Made by a program: the position numbers and the translations under genes | NCBI GenBank assembly: GCA_028865305.1 | Contig: JAGWKM010000001.1 | Location: 34,168-98,167 of the forward strand | Origin: Patescibacteria group bacterium | GTDB taxonomy: Bacteria > Patescibacteriota > Minisyncoccia > UBA6257 > 2-01-FULL-56-20 | Direction: 5' to 3' | DNA length: 64,000 nucleotides | The notes under the pieces: generated by a model | Database searches by the model: none | What the model was told of the DNA's origin: nothing | Seen by the model: only the letters and a program-made list of their open reading frames with translations | In this document: one piece after another, positions 8,963-18,218 of the stretch | How positions within the stretch are numbered: the first letter of the stretch is position 1 | Layout of the letters: the number at the start of each line of letters is the position of its first letter

Positions 8963-9241
8963 TTAAATAATTTTTTTTCGGACGGCGGTCCGGATCCCCC
9001 GGCTCACGACGGCAACAAGATGCCGTTCGCGCCGGATCTCTTTCAGGCCCGCGACGCCGATCGAGGCGAGGCAAAGTCCCCACCCGAAGCGGACGCTTAC
9101 GTCCAGGGCATATGCCTGGATATTCGGCGCCGCCGAACCGTCTGCGATCCTCGCGAGTCCGCTTACAAGGAGAGCCGTCCCGACCAGGGCGAGCCCTCCG
9201 CAAACGACCGATCCGATGCTTCTCATGAATTCATCTTTCAT
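8963..9241 (-). CDS. hypothetical membrane protein
   Basis: two hydrophobic segments, purine-rich SD (AAGGAAGG). Confidence 0.55.
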   Translation of the reverse strand: MKDEFMRSIGSVVCGGLALVGTALLVSGLARIADGSAAPNIQAYALDVSVRFGWGLCLASIGVAGLKEIRRERHLVAVVSRGIRTAVRKKII

Positions 9242-9295
9242 ACTTTCTTCCTTCCTTTCGACGCGCCAAATGTTCTGTTTAATAGCATAGCATAT

Positions 9296-10831
9296 CTATA
9301 TTAATCCGTCAAGTAAGCTGCGGCCGGTCATTTCCGGCGGTTTTTGAAGGCCCATTAATTCAAGCAGGGTCGGGGCGATGTCGGCGAGCGAGCCAAGCGT
9401 TTCCTCGCCGAGGCGTTCTTGATTGATGAACCTGCGGTCTTTACATTGCGGAGCCATGATATAGAGCGGCACGGGGCTCGGGTCGTGCTGGCTTTCCGGC
9501 TGGCCGGACGGGCTTATCATTTCCTCCGCGTTGCCGTGATCGGCGGTGACCATGAGGATGACATTCGGATCGTCTTTTACGACTTCGAGGACTCGCTGCA
9601 GTTCGGTATCGATGACCCGCACGGCCTCGAGGCCGGCGTCGTAATTTGCCGTGTGGGCAATGGTATCCGGATTCGCGTAATTGACGAGAATAAAATCGAA
9701 CGCGCGGCTGCGGAGCGCTTCGACGAGGCGGTCGGTGACTTCCTTTGCCATCATCTCGGGATGTTCGTCCGGATGGATCCCTTCACGCGACGGAACGAGG
9801 GTGCGGTATTCATTGGGATAGGGTTCTTCGCGGAGGCCGTTGAAAAAATAGGTGACATGCGCGTATTTATAGGTTTCCGCCAGGCGCAATTGCGAAAGCC
9901 CGCGGTCGCTCAGGATTTTGCCGAGCGGATTTTCCACGGTGTCGGCAGCAAAGGCGACCGGCACGTCGAAAGCGTCATCGTAATGCGTCATTGTCACGAC
10001 ATGCAGGTTTTGAAATGAGGAAACCGGGAACTCATTGAAATTTTCCAGGATGAATGCCGAGGCAAGCTGCCGGATACTGTCTTCGCGGTAATTGAAAAAA
10101 ATGAGCGAATCCCCGTCCTGCACTTTTTTATCAGCCGAGAAGCGCATGGGCGGGAGGAATTCTTCCGTGGGGCTTTCTTTATAAGTCCGTTCGATGATCG
10201 CCGCGGGATCCGTTACGAGCGGACCCGATAAGCCGAGCATGGTGCGGTATGCGGTTTCGGTGAGCCGCCAGTTGCCGGTGCGGTCCATGGCGTAATAGCG
10301 GCCCATCAGGGTGGCGATTTTTTCTTTCGGCACTTCAGCGAGGAATGATTCAAGCGAGTGCGGCGGGCTGTCCTTGCCGTCTGAAAAAAGATGGAGGTTG
10401 ATTTTGGCGCATCCTTCCTGCGCTGCCATTTTAAGGAGCGCCTGGAGATGTTCCAGTGATGCGTGGACGTTTGCCTTGGTAAGAAGGCCGGCGAAATTTA
10501 CGGCGCCGCCGGTTTCTCGCGCGTGGGCAAAGGCGTCTTTGAGGGCTTTGTTTTCAAAAAAACTGCCGTCATGGATGGCCATGATTATTTTGGGGTAATA
10601 CTGGTAAAGCACTTCGCCGGCGCCGATAGTGAGGTGGCCGACTTCGCTGTTGCCGACTTCGCCCCAAGGGAGGCCGACCGAGATGCCGGAGGCCTGCAAG
10701 CTGGTGACGGGATAGTGGGCGGTGAGTTGGCCGGCGAACTTCGGTTTTACGACGTAAATCGGGTTGGAGTCGTCATTTTTACCGATGCCCCAGCCGTCGA
10801 GGATTATCATGAGTGCTATTTTTTTGGCCAT
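9296..10831 (-). CDS. gpmI: 2,3-bisphosphoglycerate-independent phosphoglycerate mutase
   Basis: ILDGWG, GNSEVGH, GRYYAMDR, AET.KYAHVTYFFNG, TADHGNAE. Confidence 0.97.
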   Translation of the reverse strand: MAKKIALMIILDGWGIGKNDDSNPIYVVKPKFAGQLTAHYPVTSLQASGISVGLPWGEVGNSEVGHLTIGAGEVLYQYYPKIIMAIHDGSFFENKALKDAFAHARETGGAVNFAGLLTKANVHASLEHLQALLKMAAQEGCAKINLHLFSDGKDSPPHSLESFLAEVPKEKIATLMGRYYAMDRTGNWRLTETAYRTMLGLSGPLVTDPAAIIERTYKESPTEEFLPPMRFSADKKVQDGDSLIFFNYREDSIRQLASAFILENFNEFPVSSFQNLHVVTMTHYDDAFDVPVAFAADTVENPLGKILSDRGLSQLRLAETYKYAHVTYFFNGLREEPYPNEYRTLVPSREGIHPDEHPEMMAKEVTDRLVEALRSRAFDFILVNYANPDTIAHTANYDAGLEAVRVIDTELQRVLEVVKDDPNVILMVTADHGNAEEMISPSGQPESQHDPSPVPLYIMAPQCKDRRFINQERLGEETLGSLADIAPTLLELMGLQKPPEMTGRSLLDGLI

Positions 10832-11028
10832 GGGATTATTTTAAGCCATTTAAACCGAAACTTGAACCGACATCCGATGCCGGCGAAATCAAGTGTCGGC
10901 TTGCTTCAGATTCCTTTTCGTGGTATCTTAGGAACATTATAAAAGAGTCCATTTTAACTAACCCATGTCCCTTCCTATTCATATTTTCTTTCCCATAACC
11001 ATGAACAGTGCGGGGATTTTCGATTATC

Positions 11029-12546
11029 ATGACTATCGTTTTAGCGGTGGTTTTTCTGGCCATCGGCGCGGCGGCGGGCTACTTTGCCCGGCGGTACTCG
11101 GCGGCTAAAAAATTCGGCGAAGTCGAGGAGCGGATCAAGAAGCAGCTTTCAGACGCGGAAACGAAAGCGAAGGAAATCGTTGTCGAGGCGAAGGAGAAGT
11201 CCGCCTCGATTTTGGTCGATCTGAAGAACGAGGAAAAAGAACGGCGCAAGGAAATCGACGCCCACGAACAGCGGTTATTGAACAAAGAGGAGCAGCTCGA
11301 TAAACGGTCGGAGACGTTGTCAGTAGAGGAGGCCAAGATACGGTCACGGGAAGACCAATTGAGGAACAAGGAACAGGAAACAAGGAACAGGGAAGAGGAA
11401 ATCCAGAGCAAATTGGAAAAGATCGCTCAGCTTTCCGTGAAGGATGCGCGCGAAGAGATTGTCCGGCAGGCGAAGGAGGATCGGGCGCAGGATTTGGCCG
11501 CTTTGGTCCAAAAGATCGACCGCGAGAACCACGAAGAAGTGGAGAAGCGGGCTTCGGAAATCATCACGACGGCGCTCCAGCGTTACGCGCGGTCGCATGT
11601 CTCGGAAATCACGACGACCGTTTTTCCGCTGGGTGACGAGGAGTTGAAGGGAAAAATCATCGGCCGCGAGGGGCGGAATATCCGTGCGCTCGAACGCGCG
11701 ACCGGCGTCGAGTTCCTCATTGATGAGGTGCCGGAGGGCATCATTATTTCCTCGTGGGATCCGTTCCGGCGCGAAGTGGCTCGGGTTGCGCTTGAAAAAT
11801 TGCTGAAGGACGGCCGTATGCAGCCGGCGAAAATCGAGGAGAAGGTTGAGGAGGCGAAAGCGGAGCTCACGAAGCGGATGCAGCAGATCGGCGAAGCGAC
11901 GGCGCAGGACCTTGGGATTTTCGACCTGCCGAAAGAATTATTGCAGCTTATCGGGCGGCTTCATTTCCGTACGAGTTTCGGCCAGAACGTGCTGATACAT
12001 TCGACCGAGATGGCTTATCTTGCCGAGATGATGGCACGGGAGCTTGGCTTGAACGCCGACGTGGCGAAGCGGGGAGCGTTATTGCACGACATCGGCAAAG
12101 CGATCGACCAGGAAGTGGAGGGAACGCACGTGGAGCTTGGCATCAAGCTGCTCCAGAAATTCGGCGTGAATGAGGCGGTCGTGAATGCGATGCGGTCGCA
12201 CCATGAGGATTATCCGTACGCGAGTCCGGAAGCATACGTGGTAACGGCGGCGGATGTTTTGTCCGCGGCGCGGCCGGGAGCGCGGCGCGGGACGCTCGAG
12301 AATTACATCAAGCGGCTTGGAGATTTGGAAAAGATAGCAATGGATTTTCCCGGAGTGAAGCAGGCATATGCGATTTCGGCGGGCCGCGAGTTGCGCGTGT
12401 TCGTGGTTCCGGAGAAAGTTGATGATTTCAGGGCACTCGAATTGGCGCGGGAAATCGCGAACAAGATCCAGTCGGAGTTGAAGTATCCGGGCGAGATCAA
12501 AGTAAATGTGATCCGCGAAATCAGGGCGGTAGAATATGCGAGATAG
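11029..12546 (+). CDS. rny: ribonuclease Y
   Basis: N-terminal TM helix, coiled coil, KH (KGKIIGREGRNIR), HD (LLHDIGK), SAARPGAR. Confidence 0.98.
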   Translation: MTIVLAVVFLAIGAAAGYFARRYSAAKKFGEVEERIKKQLSDAETKAKEIVVEAKEKSASILVDLKNEEKERRKEIDAHEQRLLNKEEQLDKRSETLSVEEAKIRSREDQLRNKEQETRNREEEIQSKLEKIAQLSVKDAREEIVRQAKEDRAQDLAALVQKIDRENHEEVEKRASEIITTALQRYARSHVSEITTTVFPLGDEELKGKIIGREGRNIRALERATGVEFLIDEVPEGIIISSWDPFRREVARVALEKLLKDGRMQPAKIEEKVEEAKAELTKRMQQIGEATAQDLGIFDLPKELLQLIGRLHFRTSFGQNVLIHSTEMAYLAEMMARELGLNADVAKRGALLHDIGKAIDQEVEGTHVELGIKLLQKFGVNEAVVNAMRSHHEDYPYASPEAYVVTAADVLSAARPGARRGTLENYIKRLGDLEKIAMDFPGVKQAYAISAGRELRVFVVPEKVDDFRALELAREIANKIQSELKYPGEIKVNVIREIRAVEYAR

Positions 12547-12549
12547 GGA

Positions 12550-12655
12550 AAATGACGCAACGACTATTGACGCAACGAATGATTGAATGACCAATGAACG
12601 GCCGACTCATTCCCTCATTTCACCATTGGTTCATCAGTCATTTTCATTCAGGCGA
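12550..12655. repeat. inverted degenerate arrays (AATGAC / GTCATT)
   Basis: AATGACGC..AATGATTGAATGACCAATGAAC versus CATTGGTTCATCAGTCATTTTCATTC. Confidence 0.6.
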
Positions 12656-12771
12656 TTTATCTTTTGCCGCCGGCCGTGAATCTGTCTGTTAGAGGTAAAA
12701 TGAGGATCGGTTATCCGCGACCAAAAACTGCGCTTGCGCGCAGTTTTTGGTCTGATGCCAACGGCATCGTC

Positions 12772-13265
12772 GGGTAGCCACCTTGATATCCATAATACCC
12801 GGGTTTTTATGGATGTCAAACAATTCAGGAGCCAGCAACAATCACGCGGACCGCTGGGGAGTCGAACCCCAAACTGTCAGGTGGCTACCCAACCGTGATA
12901 CCGTTTCACCAGCGGCCCGTGAGCCCCCATCTCCAAAATCCTCCAGCCCGCGTTGCGCGAGAATTTGCGCAGCCGCTAGGCGGGGCAAGGAGACAATAGT
13001 TCCACCATGGCTCCGCAGCCCCAACAACGCGGCTGCGCAAATTATCCGCAACCCAAGGGCTTCGGCCAAATGCCGCAAGGGCTGTGTTCCAGGGAATCCG
13101 CGGTGCGTCCAGCACGGCGGATTCCCTGCGCCTTGCCCTTGCGGCATCTGGCCGAAGCGCGGGCGGAGGATTTTGGAGATGGGGGCTCGCCACTGGCATC
13201 GGGATCGTATCATAATCGAGTTAAATTTTTCCTAAACTAAAAATGAACATTTTTTAATGAAATTC
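12772..13265. repeat. large structured element, copy 1
   Basis: colinear with the reverse complement of 21845-22282; nested stems. Confidence 0.85.
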
Positions 13266-13357
13266 CGTATTTTTACAGCAAAATTGGCACTTTTTTGATT
13301 TTCCCGCCTCGATTAAATAAAAAAGTAAACGATTTCTCGTTTACTTTTTTAAAGTAT

Positions 13358-13720
13358 TCATTTCGATGTTGTCGATGAGGATACCGAAGGGTTTTGCCAA
13401 ATGTAGAAATACCAATAGATTGGCATTGCGATAATACTCCCAAAGAATAGGATGACTGCCCAAAGAGTTCTTTTATCTTGCGGAACATCCTTATTTTTGA
13501 ATACGTTGCGTATATAAATTACGAGCAGTACGATAATTTCCAGCATGGTAACAATATGGAACGTGAAAAGTACGGCAAAGGAACCGAAAATTGGGAATGA
13601 TGGAGGGTTTGTGGCCGTTGTGTTATGCCAAGCAAAAAGAAAACTGATGAAGAAAAGTATCGTATAAACAATGGGCCAGATGCTTGCAATAAACAATACA
13701 ATTTTGCCTGCTTTTCCCAT
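13358..13720 (-). CDS. membrane protein with PLDc_N-like C-terminus
   Basis: three hydrophobic segments; KRTLWAVILFFGSIIAMPIYWYF; AT-rich. Confidence 0.7.
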   Translation of the reverse strand: MGKAGKIVLFIASIWPIVYTILFFISFLFAWHNTTATNPPSFPIFGSFAVLFTFHIVTMLEIIVLLVIYIRNVFKNKDVPQDKRTLWAVILFFGSIIAMPIYWYFYIWQNPSVSSSTTSK

Positions 13721-13814
13721 ATAGTAAGAATACTAAATTCGAATGCACTTGTTTAGCTGTTGTGTTTGTGCACGCTGGCGTTCTATTTCGGATGGTGTAT
13801 AATTGAATTCACAT

Positions 13815-15476
13815 ATGGATACCATATTTTTGCATCCTGCGGCACTCTTCGTTGTCGTCGTTCTGCCCCTTTTCGGCATTGCCGCTAAAGTTTTCGGCGC
13901 CTCCTTCCAGAAAATCACCAAATGGTACCTTTATATCGCTGTTTTTTGCGTCATTGTCGTTATGGACTCTATTTTCTTTCCCTTTATCGGCGGGAAGGAT
14001 TGGTTTTTCCGGTTGGCGGTCGAACTTTCATTGATCTCAGCGCTCTTGTGGTGGGCGTTTGAGGCGCGGCAGGGCGAGTTCGAAGAACGGATCAGGGCAT
14101 TTTTTAAGAAACCGTTGGTCTTAGCCGTGAGCGCATTTGCTTTAATGGTGCTTTTGGCATCGCTTTTTGCATTTGACGCGCATGCGGGCTTTTGGTCAAA
14201 CTTCGAGCGCGGCGAGGGCGGTTTCCAAATGATCCATTATTGGCTGTTCTTCGTTTTGCTCGGGTTATTCCTTCGCGAAGAAAAAGAATGGAGGAGATTG
14301 CTCGGTTCTTCTTTGGTTGCGGCGGTTTTGATGATATTTTATGGTTTGCTTTCGATATCGGGGGCGCCTGGTTTTATTAGTCCCTACGCCGGAGGCGGAG
14401 CACCGAGCGGTTGGTTTGCCCAGCTTATCCAGGGCCGCTTCGAAGGATCGCTTGGCAATCCGGCTTACGTAGCGCCATATTTAATGTTTGCGATGTTTTT
14501 CGCTGCCTATTTATGGATTACGGGAGGAAGAAAGGAGGAGGACGGAAGACGGAGGACGCTTCGGAATTGGGGATATGGGATCCTTATCGTGGCGTTCCTG
14601 CTCTTTTTCGCATTATCCCAGACCCGCGGCGCTTTTGTCGGTTTAGTGGCTGGTATTTATGCTTTGCTGGTTTATTTTGGATATCAACAGCCGCGTTATC
14701 GGAAACTGATCCTTGGTATTCTGGCCGTCCTATTCCTGGTTGGCGGAATTATCGTCCATTATGTCCATCAGGAATTTTTGGTTAACCCGCAGAGCCTTTT
14801 GAGCGCAATCCCCGGCATCCGGCTTTTTGATTTGCCATTGAATAACAGCGTTCTTGCAATTGGGTGGATCGGCGCCATGCTGTTCGCGGCCATTGTTATG
14901 TTTGCCCGGGAAAGGAAATGGCTGTGGTGGGCACTCGCCGCGCTGATCGTGGTTGCGGCCATTGGCAGCTTGTATGTAATATCCATCGGCCGTTTTCCTT
15001 CCTTTAAAGATCCGACAACTGTCACGCGATTCTGGGTCTGGGGCGAGGCCTGGCAGGCATTTTTGGCACGGCCGGTTCTTGGCTGGGGTCCCGAAAATTT
15101 CACGGCGCCTTTCGACAAATATTTCAATCCGAATTTTTACGTCCCCGGCCAGAATACTGAAACCTGGTTCGACCGTGCCCACAGCGTATTCTTCGATTAT
15201 CTTGCCGAAACCGGGATTCTTGGCCTCCTCGCTTATATCAGCATGTTTGTCCTGTTTTACATTGAATTTTTCAAACGGCGGGGACGAAGGACGGAGGGCG
15301 GAGAGCCGAGGGCGGACCATACGCTTGCCCAGACGCTCGTGAATGGCATTTTCTTTACCATGCCGATCGCATATCTCGTTCAGGGCGTTGCCATTTTCGA
15401 TGTGCTGCCGATGTACATTCCGTTATTCATGTTCTTGGCGTTCAGCAATTTCTATTTCAGGGAACATAAAGCATAA
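13815..15476 (+). CDS. O-antigen ligase/oligosaccharyltransferase (Wzy_C) family protein
   Basis: multi-TM, SLGNP, SQTRGA, R..VW, GWGPENF, DRAHS....LAETGILG. Confidence 0.9.
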   Translation: MDTIFLHPAALFVVVVLPLFGIAAKVFGASFQKITKWYLYIAVFCVIVVMDSIFFPFIGGKDWFFRLAVELSLISALLWWAFEARQGEFEERIRAFFKKPLVLAVSAFALMVLLASLFAFDAHAGFWSNFERGEGGFQMIHYWLFFVLLGLFLREEKEWRRLLGSSLVAAVLMIFYGLLSISGAPGFISPYAGGGAPSGWFAQLIQGRFEGSLGNPAYVAPYLMFAMFFAAYLWITGGRKEEDGRRRTLRNWGYGILIVAFLLFFALSQTRGAFVGLVAGIYALLVYFGYQQPRYRKLILGILAVLFLVGGIIVHYVHQEFLVNPQSLLSAIPGIRLFDLPLNNSVLAIGWIGAMLFAAIVMFARERKWLWWALAALIVVAAIGSLYVISIGRFPSFKDPTTVTRFWVWGEAWQAFLARPVLGWGPENFTAPFDKYFNPNFYVPGQNTETWFDRAHSVFFDYLAETGILGLLAYISMFVLFYIEFFKRRGRRTEGGEPRADHTLAQTLVNGIFFTMPIAYLVQGVAIFDVLPMYIPLFMFLAFSNFYFREHKA

Positions 15477-15479
15477 CCC

Positions 15480-16124
15480 ATGAACCGCACCGCAAAACAA
15501 GTCATTGCCGTCATAGCTTCACTTTTTCTCGCCTTTTTGGCGGTTTACGGTTCCTATCTTCCGATGCGGAAGGCGGAGATCTTTATCGGCACTTTGCAGA
15601 GTTTCCAGACGCAGCCGGTAAGCTCCCTGCAGGAACTTGAAACCCGCCTTGAAGTGCCGCTCAACTATCCTTCGCCAATCGGCCAGGAAGAATTGGTGCG
15701 GAATACGGCGAACAGCGTCTTGAGTTTCATCCAACAGGGTACGGATGCGACGACAACAGCCCAGCTGATTTCGTTCCTGAACCAGTATTACGATCCGATT
15801 ATCGTGCGGGGGAAGGGCATGAGTTTCGAGCAGGATCTTTACCTTCTTGGCGCAATCAATGAAATTGCCTTCACGCGGACCGGAAATCCGATTTACCTGC
15901 AATCGTCCCTGCGGTACTATGGCGAGGGCGTGCAGCTTGGGCCGAATCGGCCGCAACCGCTCTACGGGCTCTATGATGTTTACCGGTTTGCGGGCGATGC
16001 TACGGATACGATTGCGGTTGCCGAGCGGATCCTGCAGCTTTGGCCGAATGACCCGAATATAAAGAACGGTTTGGCGCAATTCCTCCAATCAGTGGAGAAA
16101 CCGACGACATCCGGTAAAAAATAG
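15480..16124 (+). CDS. TPR-like protein, resembles C-terminal domain of CPR O-antigen ligases
   Basis: N-terminal TM, helical repeats (LGPNRPQ, LWPNDP), 3 nt after the ligase. Confidence 0.6.
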   Translation: MNRTAKQVIAVIASLFLAFLAVYGSYLPMRKAEIFIGTLQSFQTQPVSSLQELETRLEVPLNYPSPIGQEELVRNTANSVLSFIQQGTDATTTAQLISFLNQYYDPIIVRGKGMSFEQDLYLLGAINEIAFTRTGNPIYLQSSLRYYGEGVQLGPNRPQPLYGLYDVYRFAGDATDTIAVAERILQLWPNDPNIKNGLAQFLQSVEKPTTSGKK

Positions 16125-16165
16125 GGTAATGGAAAGGCCGTCGTATTCGTGATAACCTTCTTCGT

Positions 16166-17254
16166 ATGAAGAAGGTTTTTGTTTCCGGGACGTATGATAT
16201 CCTGCATGCCGGCCACGTTCAATTTTTCGAGGATGCGAAACGGCTCGGCGGCCATCTTACCGTTTGTTTCGCGAGCGATGAGGTCCTTAAAATGTATAAA
16301 GGAAGGGAACCTTCACTGCCGGCGGACAATAAAAAGGTCCTGATCGGTTCGTTGTCATGCGTCGATAAGGTGGTATCAAGTTCCGACCTCCATCCGATTT
16401 TTGATTTCATAACCCACCTTAAAAACGAGAAACCGGATATTCTTGCGGTCACCGAAGACGATAAGTTTAAGGACAAAAAAAAGGACCTTTGCGCGCAATT
16501 GGGGATTGAATTTGCGGTCTTGCCCAAACGGAACCTGGCGACTCCCGTTTCGACTACCAGGATATTGCAGCATCTGGCCGGAAAGGAAAGAGTTCCTCTG
16601 CGGGTTGACTTTGCCGGAGGATGGCTGGATGTTCCGCGGTTTGCAAGGCCGGGCTCCTTTATCGTAAACTGCGCTATTTCGCCATTGGTTTCAAGCGATT
16701 CCTGGCCGTATGAATTAAGCGGCGGATTGGGGGGGTCGGCGGCCCATGCGTTGCTTGCCATTAAGAATGGCGTATCTTCCGAACTCAATTTGGGCGTTGG
16801 CTGGCAGGATCCTGCCGTCATTGAGGAGACGGGCCTTTGCGTGTGGCGTTCCGGGAAAAAACCCGTGCTTGATTTCAAAATGAACCCGGATATTTTGCTT
16901 GGCGGCAGGATGTTGATTTTTTATACCGGCAAAGGGCATTATACGCCGGATCTTGCCAAGCTGAAGCGTGACTTCGACCTTATTTGCCGGGCGGGGAAAA
17001 CGGCGCGGGACGCAGTTATCAAATCAGACCTTTCTCTTTTAGCGCGCGCGATTTCCATGAGCTATCGTGCGCAGCTTGGTGAAGGCATGGAAAAACTTCC
17101 TGATTTCGAACATTGTTTGGCGAAGAAATATTTGGGCGGCGGCCATGGCGGATACGCGTTGTATCTTTTTGCCGATAAGGCGCACCGTGACCGTGCCTCA
17201 AAACGGAAAGGGACGAAGAAAATCGAGCCGTATTTGAAGGGCGAAACCATATGA
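16166..17254 (+). CDS. cytidylyltransferase-like domain fused to GHMP-family sugar kinase
   Basis: GTYDILHAGH...STTRI; then PLRVDFAGGWLD, GGLGGSAA, GWQD, GGGHGG. Confidence 0.85.
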   Translation: MKKVFVSGTYDILHAGHVQFFEDAKRLGGHLTVCFASDEVLKMYKGREPSLPADNKKVLIGSLSCVDKVVSSSDLHPIFDFITHLKNEKPDILAVTEDDKFKDKKKDLCAQLGIEFAVLPKRNLATPVSTTRILQHLAGKERVPLRVDFAGGWLDVPRFARPGSFIVNCAISPLVSSDSWPYELSGGLGGSAAHALLAIKNGVSSELNLGVGWQDPAVIEETGLCVWRSGKKPVLDFKMNPDILLGGRMLIFYTGKGHYTPDLAKLKRDFDLICRAGKTARDAVIKSDLSLLARAISMSYRAQLGEGMEKLPDFEHCLAKKYLGGGHGGYALYLFADKAHRDRASKRKGTKKIEPYLKGETI

Positions 17255-18141
17255 TTACGGTTTTTTTGCGGGGCGGATTGGGCAACCAAATGTTCCAGTA
17301 CGCGCTCGGCTTGCATTTGGCAAAACGCAACCGAACGGAGCTTCGCCTTGATGCTTCTTTCCTGAACGACCGTTTTCCGCGGCGGCAGTTTACCTATCGC
17401 GCGTACGATTTGGATGTTTTTGATATCAACCCGGCGTTTACCCGGTTGTCGAAAATCTCAGGCAGGATTCCGGTTCCCGGCTTGTGGCTCGGCGCGGATC
17501 TCGCGCTCGCCCGTATTGAAAATGCCTTGGGCGTCCGGAAAATCATCAAAGAAAAAAAGGATGGCGCTTTTGATCCCTCCGTTTTCCTCACTCCGCCCTC
17601 CGCTTTCCTTTATGGCTTTTGGCAAAGCGAGAAATATTTTATCGATATTGCCGAAGACGTCCGCAGGGCGTTCCGGTTCCGTTATTCGATCGAAGGGGAG
17701 GCGGTCCGCATTGCCGAACAGATTGCTGCAACCGATTCGGTTTCCGTGAATGTCCGCCGCGGCGATTATCTTTTATCGGCGAACCTCAAGCGGCTTGGTG
17801 AAACCACGCTTTCCTATTACGGGCGTGCGGCGGCGCACATAGCTGATCGCGTCCGCAGCCCTCATTTTTTCGTCATTTCGGACGATATTGCCTGGTGCCG
17901 CGAGCATCTTCGGCTTGGATTTCCGACGACCTACGTGAGCGCTACGTCCGGCGGATATAAGCAAAATTTTCATTTGCAGCTTATAGCGCAATGCAAACAT
18001 AACATTATCGCGAATAGCACCTTTGGCTGGTGGGGCGCCTGGCTGAACCAAAATCCCGGCAAGATCGTGGTTGCGCCGAAAATTTGGCATCCGGGGTTGG
18101 AGCGGGATGATATCGTGCCGGAGAGGTGGATTAGATTATAG
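17251..18141 (+). CDS. GT11 alpha-1,2-fucosyltransferase-family glycosyltransferase (second paralog)
   Basis: GGLGNQMFQY, VRRGDY, SDDI.WC, NSTFGWWGAWL; ATGA overlap. Confidence 0.92.
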   Translation: MITVFLRGGLGNQMFQYALGLHLAKRNRTELRLDASFLNDRFPRRQFTYRAYDLDVFDINPAFTRLSKISGRIPVPGLWLGADLALARIENALGVRKIIKEKKDGAFDPSVFLTPPSAFLYGFWQSEKYFIDIAEDVRRAFRFRYSIEGEAVRIAEQIAATDSVSVNVRRGDYLLSANLKRLGETTLSYYGRAAAHIADRVRSPHFFVISDDIAWCREHLRLGFPTTYVSATSGGYKQNFHLQLIAQCKHNIIANSTFGWWGAWLNQNPGKIVVAPKIWHPGLERDDIVPERWIRL

Positions 18142-18196
18142 CTGACAACTAATAACTGCCAACTGACAACTGCCGACTGGCAACGGATAACGGATA
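18141..18196. repeat. heptamer array (CTGACAA family)
   Basis: CTGACAA CTAATAA CTGCCAA CTGACAA CTGCCGA CTGGCAA CGGATAA. Confidence 0.85.
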
Positions 18197-18218
18197 TCAT
18201 CAGTGTTATAATCAAATT

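Noticed and set aside
12783-13240. ORFs across the GC-rich structured elements (also 21929-22234, 25771-26174)
   Set aside because: Overlapping ORFs on both strands with no conserved frame between copies; expected in GC-rich palindromes
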